A stretch of DNA of 64,000 nt from NCBI GenBank assembly GCA_002368795.1, contig DFFG01000003.1, positions 1 through 64,000 of the forward strand. Reading direction: 5' to 3'. Below, piece by piece: positions 17,608-27,560 of this stretch. Positions within the stretch are counted from its first letter, which is position 1. Every line of letters begins with the position of its first letter. The notes under the pieces were generated by a model. It saw nothing but the letters and a program-made list of their open reading frames with translations. It was not told the origin of the DNA and did not search any database. The position numbers and the translations under genes are program-made. The stretch is from Eubacterium sp. UBA3782. Its GTDB lineage: Bacteria > Bacillota > Clostridia > Lachnospirales > Lachnospiraceae.

Positions 17608-18879
17608 ATGAAACAGGAAACAAAATGCATACAGGCAGGATATGAGCCGAAAAACGGCGAGCCGAGAATGATCCCGATCATCCAGAGCACGACCTTTAAA
17701 TATGATACCAGCGAGGATATGGGAAAGCTCTTCGACCTTGAAGTCTCCGGCTATTTCTACACCCGGCTGCAGAACCCGACCAATGATATGGTCGCTGCAA
17801 AGATCTGTGCCCTCGAGGGCGGCACAGCTGCTATGCTGACCTCCTCCGGTCAGGCAGCTACTTTCTATGCCATCTTCAATCTGGCAGGTGCAGGAGACCA
17901 TGTGGTCGCCTCCTCCACGATCTATGGCGGAAGCTTTAACCTCTTTAATGTGACCATGCGCCGCATGGGCATCGAGTTTACCTTTGTGGATCCTGACTGC
18001 AGCGATGAAGAGCTGGAGGCAGCGTTCCGTCCGAATACAAAGGCAGTGTTCGGTGAGACCATCGCAAACCCGGCCCTTATTGTTTTTGATATCGAGCGTT
18101 TTGCCAAGGCTGCCCATGCCCACGGCGTTCCGCTGATCATCGACAACACCTTCGCCACACCCATCAACTGCCAGCCCTTCAAATGGGGCGCGGATATCGT
18201 CACCCATTCCACGACCAAATACATGGATGGCCATGACGCGACTGTGGGCGGCTGCATTGTTGATTCCGGCAATTTCGACTGGGCAGCCCATGCGGACAAG
18301 TTCCCTGGCCTTACGACGCCCGATGAGTCCTACCATGGCATCACCTATGTAGAGCGCTTTGGCAAGGAGGGTGCCTTCATCACAAAGGCGACCGCACAGC
18401 TGATGCGTGACCTTGGTGCGATCCCGTCTCCGATGAATGCCTATCTGCTGAACCTTGGCCTGGAATCTCTGGCTGTCCGCATGCAGCGGCATTGCGAGAA
18501 CGCACAGAAGTGCGCAGAGTTCCTGGAGGCCAGTGACAAGGTCGCCTGGGTCAATTTCCCCGGCCTTCCCGGAAACAAGTACTATGAGCGTGCGCAGAAG
18601 TATATGCCGAACGGCACCTGCGGCGTCATTTCCTTTGGAATTAAGGGCGGCAGACCCGCGGCGGAGAAATTTATGAAGAAGCTTCAGGTCGCCATCATCG
18701 CCACCCATGTGGCAGATGCTCATACCTGCGTCCTTCACCCGGCATCCTCTACCCATCGTCAGATGACGGACGAGGAACTGGCTGCTGCCGGCGTTCCGGC
18801 AGATCTGGTCAGACTGTCTGTGGGCATTGAGAACGTGGATGACATCATCGATGATCTCAGACAGGCACTGGCAGACTAA
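17608..18879 (+). CDS. metY: O-acetylhomoserine aminocarboxypropyltransferase / sulfhydrylase (PLP-dependent Cys/Met metabolism enzyme family)
   Basis: MKQETKCIQAGYEP...NPTN and the PLP-lysine region THSTTKYMDGH. RBS GGAGGA before the ATG at 17608. The ORF track extends upstream without support. Confidence 0.85.
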   Translation: MKQETKCIQAGYEPKNGEPRMIPIIQSTTFKYDTSEDMGKLFDLEVSGYFYTRLQNPTNDMVAAKICALEGGTAAMLTSSGQAATFYAIFNLAGAGDHVVASSTIYGGSFNLFNVTMRRMGIEFTFVDPDCSDEELEAAFRPNTKAVFGETIANPALIVFDIERFAKAAHAHGVPLIIDNTFATPINCQPFKWGADIVTHSTTKYMDGHDATVGGCIVDSGNFDWAAHADKFPGLTTPDESYHGITYVERFGKEGAFITKATAQLMRDLGAIPSPMNAYLLNLGLESLAVRMQRHCENAQKCAEFLEASDKVAWVNFPGLPGNKYYERAQKYMPNGTCGVISFGIKGGRPAAEKFMKKLQVAIIATHVADAHTCVLHPASSTHRQMTDEELAAAGVPADLVRLSVGIENVDDIIDDLRQALAD

Positions 18880-19081
18880 GAGAATATGACCGCAGCCCTT
18901 GCAGAAGGCGGGGCTGGCATACGGAAGGTTTTTTGAGAGAGCTGCCGTACCAGGCAGAACAGTACACGCCATACCGGAGAGGATATCCGCAGAGCGGAAG
19001 CCTTTCCTTTTGGAATGGGTGATGTATCCGCGGTCTGGTGTGACAGCTCTTTTATTTGCCTGCTCCGGCCTGTCCGGTGTA

Positions 19082-19110
19082 TTGACATAGCGGCATCTTT
19101 CTCTTAAAAT
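19082..19110 (+). promoter_or_regulatory. Sigma-70 promoter (TTGACA, 17 nt, TAAAAT) upstream of the helicase gene
   Basis: Consensus -35 and a near-consensus -10 about 70 nt upstream of the start. Confidence 0.4.
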
Positions 19111-19178
19111 AAAACAGAACATATGTACGAGAAGATTTCCGGTCGGTGTGCAGATCCGGACAGGCAGGAGGAAGAGGC

Positions 19179-21398
19179 ATGGAGCTGGACAGAATAAGAG
19201 CAGAGGCGGCAGAAGCGGAGGATATGGACGATATGCTGCCAGAGGGCGGCGATCTTCTGGAAGGTCTGAACGATGCCCAGAAGGAAGCTGTCACGACGAC
19301 AGAAGGCTTTGTCCGCGTGATCGCAGGAGCAGGATCCGGCAAGACGCGCGCCCTGTCGCGCCGATTTGCCTATCTGGTAAATGAGCTGGGCATCATGCCC
19401 GGAAACATCCTGTGTGTGACCTTTACCAACAAGGCGGCAAACGAGATGCGCCAGCGGATCCACAATCTGACCGGGGACAACGATACCGGCTATGTCAACA
19501 CCTTCCACGGCTTCTGCGTTTCCGTCCTTCAGGAGGACAGCTACGCGGTATCCTATCCAAAAAGTTTTCTGGTCCTGGACAATTCCGACATCGATTCCAT
19601 GCTGAAGATCATCTACGAAGAGAGGGGGCTGACGCTGCGGGATATGACCTTCAGCCAGGCTCGCGACCAGATCGAGATCTATAAGCTCCTGAAGCACCCG
19701 GACTATTATCTGGACATGATCGGCATGTCCATCGAAGTACTGCACAGGAAGTATATGGAGGCGGCAGAGGTGATGGACATCATCTTTTACGGCTACCTCT
19801 ACCAGGAAAAAAAGTGCTTTGGTCTGGATTATAACGACCTGATCAAGTTTACCCTGTACATTTTTGAACAGAACGAGGAGATCCGCCTCAAGTGGCAGCA
19901 GAGGCTGGAGTATATCATGATCGATGAGTTTCAGGATATCGACCAGCTCCAGTACGATCTGATGCGGGTGCTCTGCGGCTGGCACAAAAACCTGTTCATC
20001 GTGGGCGATCCGGATCAGACGATCTATACGTGGCGGGGGGCGAACGTGGCCTTCCTAAATGATTTTGACCGGCATTTTCCGGATGTCCGGACGATCATGA
20101 TGATGCAGAATTACCGATCCGCTCCCCAGATCCTGCAGACAGCGAACAGTCTGATCGAAAAGAACCGCAGCCGGATCCCCAAGGAGCTGATCCCCATGCT
20201 GCCGGATGGTGAGAAGACGGTCTGCTTCTTTTCGGATACTCCGAAAAAAGAGGCGGAATGGATCGCCGGGGAGATCCTGCGCCTGCACGACGCGGGTGTG
20301 CCCTTCAGGGACATCACGGTCCTCTACCGGGCCCACTATGTCACCAGAACGCTGGAAGAGGTCTTCATGAAACAGGAGCTTCCCTTTACGATCTACAGCG
20401 GCGTTCCCTTCTTTGGCAGGATGGAGATCAAGGATGCGCTCTGCTATCTCCGTATGATCGCCTTTGCAGACGACCTCTCATTTCTCCGGATCGCCAATGT
20501 GCCCAAGCGCAATCTTGGCGAGAGAAGAATGCGTTTTCTGCAGGAATACGCGGCAGAGAAGGGCTGCAGCCTTTATCAGGCCTTGAAGGAGAACCTGGAC
20601 CAGGAGATCTTCCAGAGGACAAAGGCAGCGGCATTTGTAAAGCTGATCGACCGTTTTTCCGCCGACTATGCAGGACGTCCGATATCCGAGCTGCTGTCAG
20701 ATATCCTGGACAAGAGCGGGTATGAACAGATGCTGCGGACCGAGGGCAGCCAGGAGCGGCTGGACAATCTGGCCGAGCTCAAGCAGGCGGTCTATGAATA
20801 CGAGACGACCTGCGGCGAGGAGGCTGTCCTTGAGGATTATCTGAAGCACGTCGCCCTGTTTACCAATACCGATCTGGAAGACCGCTCCGACAAGGTAAAG
20901 ATGATGACGGTCCACAGCGCAAAGGGACTGGAATTTCCCTATGTGTTTCTCTGTGAGATGAATGAGGGGATCTTCCCCTCCCGGAAGACTTCCACCATCG
21001 AGGCCATGGAGGAGGAGCGCAGGCTGGCTTTTGTTGCCGTGACCAGGGCAGAGCGTCAGCTGTTTCTCTCTGAGGCAGCCGGCAGGAATTTTGACGGGTC
21101 TCCCCGCTATCCCTCCAGATTTATCCTGGATATCGATCCGGACTGCCTGGTCATCCTCGGCGCGCCGGAGGAGGGGCTGATCCGGGAGACCAGAGAATAC
21201 ATCCGGCTGACAGAGCGGCTGATGCGGGCCGATGCCGGCAGAGAGGTCTTTGCCGAGGGGCAGCGGGTCCGGCATGCCGTATTTGGCGACGGCACGGTCA
21301 TGGCCGTGGATAATGAGCGGATGGCCTACCGCATCAAATTTGACGATATGCCAACAGAGCGGAGCATTACCTTCCGCGTAAAGCTAAAACCGCTTTAA
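19179..21398 (+). CDS. UvrD/PcrA/Rep-family ATP-dependent DNA helicase
   Basis: Walker A AGAGSGKTRAL, helicase motifs, and the start MELDRIR with RBS AGGAGGAAGAGG. Confidence 0.85.
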   Translation: MELDRIRAEAAEAEDMDDMLPEGGDLLEGLNDAQKEAVTTTEGFVRVIAGAGSGKTRALSRRFAYLVNELGIMPGNILCVTFTNKAANEMRQRIHNLTGDNDTGYVNTFHGFCVSVLQEDSYAVSYPKSFLVLDNSDIDSMLKIIYEERGLTLRDMTFSQARDQIEIYKLLKHPDYYLDMIGMSIEVLHRKYMEAAEVMDIIFYGYLYQEKKCFGLDYNDLIKFTLYIFEQNEEIRLKWQQRLEYIMIDEFQDIDQLQYDLMRVLCGWHKNLFIVGDPDQTIYTWRGANVAFLNDFDRHFPDVRTIMMMQNYRSAPQILQTANSLIEKNRSRIPKELIPMLPDGEKTVCFFSDTPKKEAEWIAGEILRLHDAGVPFRDITVLYRAHYVTRTLEEVFMKQELPFTIYSGVPFFGRMEIKDALCYLRMIAFADDLSFLRIANVPKRNLGERRMRFLQEYAAEKGCSLYQALKENLDQEIFQRTKAAAFVKLIDRFSADYAGRPISELLSDILDKSGYEQMLRTEGSQERLDNLAELKQAVYEYETTCGEEAVLEDYLKHVALFTNTDLEDRSDKVKMMTVHSAKGLEFPYVFLCEMNEGIFPSRKTSTIEAMEEERRLAFVAVTRAERQLFLSEAAGRNFDGSPRYPSRFILDIDPDCLVILGAPEEGLIRETREYIRLTERLMRADAGREVFAEGQRVRHAVFGDGTVMAVDNERMAYRIKFDDMPTERSITFRVKLKPL

Positions 21399-21444
21399 AC
21401 AGACGGATGAAATATAAAAACAGAAAAAGGATGGGACGGACAAG

Positions 21445-21687
21445 ATGAGACTTCCCCGCGTACAGGCATTTTTAAAGGAAAAGAATATTACATTTAGTTA
21501 TACGGAGGAGGATGGCTGCGCCAGCATCGATTTTATCCTCCGGGGACTGGAGTATCATATCTGGGAGTTTGCCGACGGGGACGAGCCCTGCGGCGCGGAA
21601 ACAAATCTGATGCATGCCGGGCATATGGAGGATGTGACCGGCGCTTATGAGGACGAGCTGCTGCGGATGCTGGAGATCATAGCCTAA
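21445..21687 (+). CDS. Small hypothetical protein of 80 aa
   Basis: Intergenic ORF with RBS AAGGATGG. No recognisable motif. Confidence 0.35.
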   Translation: MRLPRVQAFLKEKNITFSYTEEDGCASIDFILRGLEYHIWEFADGDEPCGAETNLMHAGHMEDVTGAYEDELLRMLEIIA

Positions 21688-21836
21688 GTGCCGGAGATTC
21701 CAGACGAAAAAATATAGAGCAGGGGATGTCCGGAGCGTGCGGACAGGCAAAGCAGCCGGGTCACACGAGGATTCCGGATAGAACTGCCAAAGAAGCCGAT
21801 GACAGGATGACAAGGACCGGAGAAAGGAGAGAGGCA

Positions 21837-23249
21837 ATGGAACATTGTATTTTCCATGTGGACGTCAATTCCGCATTCCTCTCCTGGAGTGCGGTCAAAC
21901 GCCTGGAGGAGGACCCTACCGCAGTCGACCTGCGGACGATCCCTTCGGCGGTGGGCGGAGATGTGAAGACACGGCACGGCGTAATCACAGCCAAGTCGAT
22001 CCCTGCAAAAAAGTATAAGATCCAGACCGGTGAGCCGGTGGTCAAGGCGCTGCAGAAATGTCCGCAGCTGGTGCTGGTTCCTTCTGATTTCCAGACCTAC
22101 CGCAGATTTTCACGGCAGTTTATCGCGATCCTGCACAAGTATGCAGAAACCATCGAGCAGGTCTCTATCGATGAGGCCTACATGGACATGACGGAAGCTG
22201 TCTGCCTCGATGCGTCTCTTTCCGGGGAAACACCTGGGGAAACAGAGGTGCGGCAGAGGGCCAGGGCAATCGAGATCGCCGGCAGGATCCGGGATGAGAT
22301 CCGGGATACCCTGGGTTTTACCGTCAATGTGGGAATATCCAGCAACCGGCTGCTGGCCAAGATGGCCAGCGATTTCCAGAAACCGGACCGGACCCACACC
22401 CTTTATCCGGAGGAGGTTCCGGACAAGATGTGGCCTCTGCCGCTCCGCGAATTGCACGGCTGCGGCGGCGCGACCAGTGAAAAGCTCAGCCGGGTCGGCA
22501 TCCGGACGATCGGCGATGCCGCCCACAGCGATCCGGAGCTGCTCCGTTCCCTGATCGGAGACAAGGCCGGCGACTATATCCATATGAGTGCCAACGGGAT
22601 CAGCCGGACGACGGTTACGGATGAGGACGAGCCGGCCAAGAGCTATTCCAATGAGACGACCACTTCGGAGGATATCACCGGGGAGAATTTTGAAACGATG
22701 GCCATCCCCATCGTCCGGCGCCTTTCGGAGAAGGTCGCGGACCGGATGAAGAGGGACCAGGTCAAGGCTTTTACCATCACCATCAGTGTAAAGACCGAGC
22801 TGTTCCGCCGGCATTCCCGGCAGACCAGACTTAGAAATTCGACCAATGATGCAGATACGATCTGCCAGACAGCGCTTTTGCTCCTGCACGAGCTGACCGA
22901 TGGAGAGGATGGTCTCTTTGCGAGGGGGCATGCTCTGCGGCTGATCGGTGTAGGCGGATCCTCGCTGGACGACGGGAGCTATGAGCAGGTCAGCCTATTT
23001 GACTGGGCGGTACAGAACCAGGAGAGAGAACAGGAGCTGGCCAGAGAAGCTGCCCGCAGGGCAGAGGAGGCACGCGTCCGGGAAGCAGCAGAAGCAGCGC
23101 GCAGGACCCGCGAGGCTGAGGAAGCTGCCCGAAGGCAGGAACAGGAACATAAGGCTGCCCAAAAGAGAGAGAAGGCGGCGCGGCTGCAGAAAATGCTGGA
23201 GGATGCCGGAAGCAGATTCGGAAAGGACAGCATAAGAAAAGGCTTATAG
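21837..23249 (+). CDS. dinB: Y-family DNA polymerase IV (DinB/UmuC family) with an unusual C-terminal Arg/Glu/Ala-rich helical extension of about 80 aa
   Basis: MEHCIFHVDVNSAFLS...IDEAYMDMT signature. RBS AAAGGAGAGAGG before the ATG at 21837. Confidence 0.8.
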   Translation: MEHCIFHVDVNSAFLSWSAVKRLEEDPTAVDLRTIPSAVGGDVKTRHGVITAKSIPAKKYKIQTGEPVVKALQKCPQLVLVPSDFQTYRRFSRQFIAILHKYAETIEQVSIDEAYMDMTEAVCLDASLSGETPGETEVRQRARAIEIAGRIRDEIRDTLGFTVNVGISSNRLLAKMASDFQKPDRTHTLYPEEVPDKMWPLPLRELHGCGGATSEKLSRVGIRTIGDAAHSDPELLRSLIGDKAGDYIHMSANGISRTTVTDEDEPAKSYSNETTTSEDITGENFETMAIPIVRRLSEKVADRMKRDQVKAFTITISVKTELFRRHSRQTRLRNSTNDADTICQTALLLLHELTDGEDGLFARGHALRLIGVGGSSLDDGSYEQVSLFDWAVQNQEREQELAREAARRAEEARVREAAEAARRTREAEEAARRQEQEHKAAQKREKAARLQKMLEDAGSRFGKDSIRKGL

Positions 23250-23260
23250 GGAGAAGCGCA

Positions 23261-23446
23261 ATGGAATATGAATTTGATTATGTCATTTCATCCAGCTGCA
23301 TCGTATGCGGGAAATGCCTGAGTGCATGTCCCGAGCACTGCATCGATGTGCTGAAGCATCCCTGCGTGATCGATCAGGAAAAATGTGTGCACTGCGGAAG
23401 CTGTGCAGAGATCTGCCCGGTGGGGGCCGTGGCGAAGATGGACTGA
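23261..23446 (+). CDS. 2x[4Fe-4S] ferredoxin
   Basis: CIVCGKCLSACP and CVHCGSCAEICP cysteine clusters. Confidence 0.8.
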   Translation: MEYEFDYVISSSCIVCGKCLSACPEHCIDVLKHPCVIDQEKCVHCGSCAEICPVGAVAKMD

Positions 23447-23604
23447 CAGGTTCCAGGGAAATGACGACCGCCTTCCGGCAAACAAATATATGTGTATTGC
23501 TGGAATTCATCTACAAGATGTAGTATGATGGGAGAAAGCTCAGGAATACCAGATATTTCTGGCCTTTATCAGCGGTTTTTTAGGGGTTTATAAGGGGAAT
23601 ATAA

Positions 23605-25461
23605 ATGAAAGAAAACAGGGAAAACGGGTTTCCAGCTGAGGACAACGGGTTAAAGGAGATCCTTCCCATCGAAGAGCCGGAAGAGGGACAGGCTGCGGCA
23701 GAGGACAGTTCTGCCGTATCAGACGGCACCATCGAAGAAAAGGATGGCGGAGCTGCGGAGAATGCGATTGTGCAGGCGTCTTCGGAAGGCGGTCCGGCAG
23801 ACAGCAAGGCTCCTTCCGGAAATGAGACAGAGGAAAAAACATCCGGCCTCCGGATGCCGGAGTGGTTCCCAATGAGAGATGTTTTTGCGCCTGCTGCCGG
23901 CGGGGGCGGCGAAAAAGCCGCCGACAGGAAGGCTTTTCTCCGGCGGGAATGGTGGACGCCTGCAAAGATCATAGCGGCCACCGTGGCCGGTGCGGCGGTC
24001 ATCGCCGCGGCTGCGGGAATCGCCGCCTACCACAGGCATGCGGTCTTTTACGATACGCATTTTTTTGAAGGTACGATAATCAACGGAATCGATGTTTCCG
24101 GCATGACAGCAGAGGAGGTTGAGACGCTGATCCGGAATGAGACCGAGGACTATGCCCTCGCGCTTACCTTCCGCGGCGGCGACCGGGAGGTCCTCACGGC
24201 TTCCGACCTTGGGTACGCCTATGTCTCCGACGGGTCGGTCGGGGAGATGATGGACAGCCAGAACGGGATGCTGTGGCTGTTTGCAAACAGTGAAAAGAAG
24301 GATGGTGTGACCGTACAGAAAGCCGTATCATTTGACCGGGAGACGGCCAAAGCGGCGCTGGAGGGTCTGCAGGAATGCCAGAAGTCCGGTATGGAGGCGC
24401 CGGAGGATGCGGCGCTGACATGGGACGGGCAGAAGTACATCATCACGCCTGAGGTGCAGGGAACCACACTAGATACAGAAAAGGTCTTTACAGCAGTCTG
24501 TGACGCGGTCGACAACGGCACCGAAACGCTGGATATTGAAAAGATTGACGGTGCCTATGCCGCTCCGAAGGTCTATGCAGATGACGAAAAGCTGAACCGG
24601 GAGGAAGAGCAGCTGAACGAGCTGCTGACAGCGCATGTTACGCTTGACCTGCCGGAGGGCAAAAGGGTGCTGGACGGCAGCACGATGAAAGACTGGCTGG
24701 CGGTCGACGACGAGGGGAATTACTACAGGGACGAGACGCTCTGGCAGGAGAAGATCGACAGCTTTATCGAAGACCTGGAGAAAGATGTCAATACCATCGA
24801 TCGTGACCGGACCTTTACCACGACTGAGGCCGGGACAGTAACGATTATCGGCAATGATTATTATGGCTGGGAGATCGATACGGCTTCCGAGCACTACCAG
24901 CTGCCTGCAGATCTGGAATCGGAGGAGCCCGTCGAGCGCGAGCCCTTCTACCTTTCTACCGAGGTGGCAAAGAAGGATGATCACGACGGCGTCGGACCGA
25001 ATTATGTGGAGGCAGATCTGACAGCACAGCATGTCTGGCTGTATATTGATGGCAAGATGGTCTATGACTCGGACCTGGTCTCCGGCGATATGGTCGACGC
25101 AAAATATACGCCGGAGGGCGTCTACCCGCTGATGTCCAAGCAGGAAAATGCTGTCCTTGTCGGCAACAGCTATGGCGATGGCGTTTATGAGTACATGACC
25201 AGGGTAAATTACTGGATGCCCTTTACCCGCACGGGCATCGGTCTGCACGATGCGACCTGGCGGAGTGCCTTTGGCGGTGACATCTATATGACCGACGGCT
25301 CCCACGGCTGTCTGAATCTGCCCCTGGAGGCAGCAAAGACGATCTACGGCTATGTGGAAAAGGGCATGCCTGTTGTCGTCTATTACTCAGACGGCAATCC
25401 GCTGGAAACCAGGATGACCGAAGCTGAGAAGGCAGAAAAGGAAGCGGAACAAAACGGATAA
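23605..25461 (+). CDS. Membrane-anchored L,D-transpeptidase family protein (YkuD catalytic domain, HGCLNL)
   Basis: Acidic N-terminal region, one TM helix, and a C-terminal YkuD domain with the catalytic Cys. Confidence 0.7.
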   Translation: MKENRENGFPAEDNGLKEILPIEEPEEGQAAAEDSSAVSDGTIEEKDGGAAENAIVQASSEGGPADSKAPSGNETEEKTSGLRMPEWFPMRDVFAPAAGGGGEKAADRKAFLRREWWTPAKIIAATVAGAAVIAAAAGIAAYHRHAVFYDTHFFEGTIINGIDVSGMTAEEVETLIRNETEDYALALTFRGGDREVLTASDLGYAYVSDGSVGEMMDSQNGMLWLFANSEKKDGVTVQKAVSFDRETAKAALEGLQECQKSGMEAPEDAALTWDGQKYIITPEVQGTTLDTEKVFTAVCDAVDNGTETLDIEKIDGAYAAPKVYADDEKLNREEEQLNELLTAHVTLDLPEGKRVLDGSTMKDWLAVDDEGNYYRDETLWQEKIDSFIEDLEKDVNTIDRDRTFTTTEAGTVTIIGNDYYGWEIDTASEHYQLPADLESEEPVEREPFYLSTEVAKKDDHDGVGPNYVEADLTAQHVWLYIDGKMVYDSDLVSGDMVDAKYTPEGVYPLMSKQENAVLVGNSYGDGVYEYMTRVNYWMPFTRTGIGLHDATWRSAFGGDIYMTDGSHGCLNLPLEAAKTIYGYVEKGMPVVVYYSDGNPLETRMTEAEKAEKEAEQNG

Positions 25462-25506
25462 CCGCGCCGGATACGGAAACTAAAAGGCGCAGGGAGATGG
25501 CAGATA

Positions 25507-26331
25507 ATGACACCGGAAACGGAAACCATACAGCAGTATAAGGATTATATCGGAGTCTTTGACTCCGGAGTCGGCGGGATCAGCGTGCTTGGCGAGCTGA
25601 TCCGGGAGCTCCCGGAGGAAGATTTCTATTTCTTCGGAGACTCCGCAAACGCCCCCTATGGCGAAAAAACGATCGATGAAGTCAGAGAACTGACGCTCCG
25701 TGCAGCCGAAAGGATGGCGGAAAACGGCGTAAAGGCACTCGTGATCGCATGCAACACGGCTACAAGCGCCGCGGTAAAGCAGATCCGGGAGCGCTACAGC
25801 ACCCACATGCCGGTCATCGGGATCGAGCCGGCACTCAAGCCGGCGGCAGAGGGGATGGACCACGGCAGGATCCTGGTCATGGCAACAGCAATTACGCTGA
25901 AGCTGGAAAAATATCATGAGCTGTCCCACCGGCTGGAAAATCAGGCGGAGTTTATTCCGCTGGAGTGCAGCGGACTGGCCGCACGGATCGAAAAGGGAGA
26001 TCTGGATGGAGAGGATCTTAAAAGACTGCTCCGCGGACTTCTTGGTCCATATATTGGAAAGGTGGATGGCGTTGTGCTGGGATGTACCCATTATCCATTC
26101 GTCCGCAAGCAGATCCGGGAGATCATGGGGGATATCCCCCTGTATGACGGGGCAAAGGGAACAGCGAGAGAGCTGCACAGACAGCTGAAAAAGAGGGGGC
26201 TTAAAAAACCCGGGACCGGGAAGAAGGGACAGGTCGTTCTGGACTCCAGCCGGCATACCCCCGAGACCATGGCGGTCTATGAGGAGCTATGCCGCGCGGC
26301 GGCAGCCGGACTTTCCTCGGACTGCAGTTGA
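25507..26331 (+). CDS. murI: Glutamate racemase
   Basis: YIGVFDSGVGGISVL and VIACNTATSAAV motifs. Confidence 0.85.
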   Translation: MTPETETIQQYKDYIGVFDSGVGGISVLGELIRELPEEDFYFFGDSANAPYGEKTIDEVRELTLRAAERMAENGVKALVIACNTATSAAVKQIRERYSTHMPVIGIEPALKPAAEGMDHGRILVMATAITLKLEKYHELSHRLENQAEFIPLECSGLAARIEKGDLDGEDLKRLLRGLLGPYIGKVDGVVLGCTHYPFVRKQIREIMGDIPLYDGAKGTARELHRQLKKRGLKKPGTGKKGQVVLDSSRHTPETMAVYEELCRAAAAGLSSDCS

Positions 26332-26366
26332 TTCTTCAGCAGAGCTAAGAGCAGATCGAAACAAAA

Positions 26367-26434
26367 AAAGAACCGGAGACAGGTCGGAATGCATGCTGCA
26401 CCAGGACCTGACAGTCTCCGGTTCTTTGTTTTGG
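26367..26434. terminator. Strong hairpin (GAACCGGAGACAGGTC ... GACCTGACAGTCTCCGGTTC) flanked by A7 upstream and TTTGTTTT downstream. Probably the murI terminator.
   Basis: 16-19 bp inverted repeat with a T-run on the plus strand and an A-run (a T-run on the minus strand) on the other side. Confidence 0.55.
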
Positions 26435-26465
26435 GGACGAGAGATGTAATCGGTTAGCCAAGAAA

Positions 26466-26556
26466 GCACCTGCTCCCTGGAAGACATTAAAGCAAACATT
26501 CTGCAGGCCCGACAGGGCCGAAGCCGTTTGCGTAATGCCTTCCAGGGAGCAGGTGC
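26466..26556. repeat. R1 element, copy 2 (outer stem GCACCTGCTCCCTGGAAG / CTTCCAGGGAGCAGGTGC)
   Basis: Same conserved core as copy 1. The inner stems differ with compensating bases (GCAAAC/GTTTGC versus GCGAAC/GTTCGC). Confidence 0.7.
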
Positions 26557-26571
26557 TGTCCGGCAATCTTA

Positions 26572-26591
26572 GGAAGACATTAAAGCAAACA
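26572..26591. repeat. R1 fragment (GGAAGACATTAAAGCAAACA) next to copy 2, followed by a GGCCTG..CAGGCC hairpin that may terminate deoD
   Basis: 20-nt exact match to the 5' part of the R1 core. Confidence 0.5.
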
Positions 26592-26628
26592 GCAGGCCTG
26601 CGGTTTGACAGGCCAGCTGCAGTTTTGT

Positions 26629-27357
26629 TTATACAGCAGTGACAGCTGTCTTCAGTGCGATCTCCATCATCTCGTGGAAGGAGGTCCGGATCTCTGCCGG
26701 AGAGAGGTGGTCACCGGTAAAGATATGGTCAGAGATCGACAGGATGCTCAGGGCTTTTTTGTGGGCATACATGGCCTCAGCATACAGGCCTGCGGTTTCC
26801 ATCTCCACAGCCAGAAGGCCGGCTTCCTTGACCTTGCGGTTGACCTCAGGATCCGGATAATAGAAGAAATCCGAGGTGTATACGCTGCCGACGGAGGTGT
26901 GAACGCCCATCTCGTCTGCGATTCCGGCAGCTGTCCGCAGCATGCCCCAGTCGGCTGTCGGCGCGATCTGTCCGGGCAGACCATAGCGGGAGGGTACCGC
27001 AGAATTTGTGGAGGCGGACATGGCAAGGAGCACATCTCTGACCTTTACCTCGTCGGCGATGGCGCCGGCGCTGCCTATACGGATGATGGCCTCAACACCG
27101 AAGAAGGTGAAGAGCTCGTGCGCGTAAAGCACCATGGAGGGCACGCCCATTCCGCTTCCCATGACGGATACCTCGGTCCCCTGGTAGGTGCCGGTGTAGC
27201 CAAGCATATTGCGGACGTCGTTAAAGCATACAACATTTTCCAGATAATTGTCCGCGACAAATTTCGCGCGGAGCGGATCGCCGGGCATCAGGACAACCTT
27301 GGCGACATGTGTGCCATCTTTGATCTCGATGCAGGCAGAGGGTGAGGGTGTTCCCAT
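26629..27357 (-). CDS. deoD: Purine nucleoside phosphorylase, DeoD type
   Basis: The N-terminus ...VVLMPGDPLRAKF and SGMGVPS align to E. coli DeoD. RBS AAAGGAGAAAAC. Confidence 0.85.
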   Translation of the reverse strand: MGTPSPSACIEIKDGTHVAKVVLMPGDPLRAKFVADNYLENVVCFNDVRNMLGYTGTYQGTEVSVMGSGMGVPSMVLYAHELFTFFGVEAIIRIGSAGAIADEVKVRDVLLAMSASTNSAVPSRYGLPGQIAPTADWGMLRTAAGIADEMGVHTSVGSVYTSDFFYYPDPEVNRKVKEAGLLAVEMETAGLYAEAMYAHKKALSILSISDHIFTGDHLSPAEIRTSFHEMMEIALKTAVTAV

Positions 27358-27560
27358 AGCGTTTTCTCCTTTGCGGTCTATTCTATCTCATGCATACCGG
27401 CGCAGAAGTGTATGTCATACAGGCCGGCTGTGTTCTCTTATCATAGCATATTTTGCCGGATGCCGGACAACGGTTTTTGCATGAGACTGCCGTCTGTGCT
27501 ACAATTACGGAAAAGTGGGAAAACAGCAGTCTGGCGGAAGATCAGGATGAAGGCAGGGGA

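Noticed and set aside
18880-18960. Possible terminator after metY (CAGCCC..GGGCTG then a distant T6)
   Set aside because: The T-run is 17 nt from the stem, so this is not a canonical intrinsic terminator.
17578-19122. 514-aa minus-strand ORF
   Set aside because: Antisense to metY, whose product has an unmistakable PLP-enzyme signature. This is a GC-rich antisense artefact.
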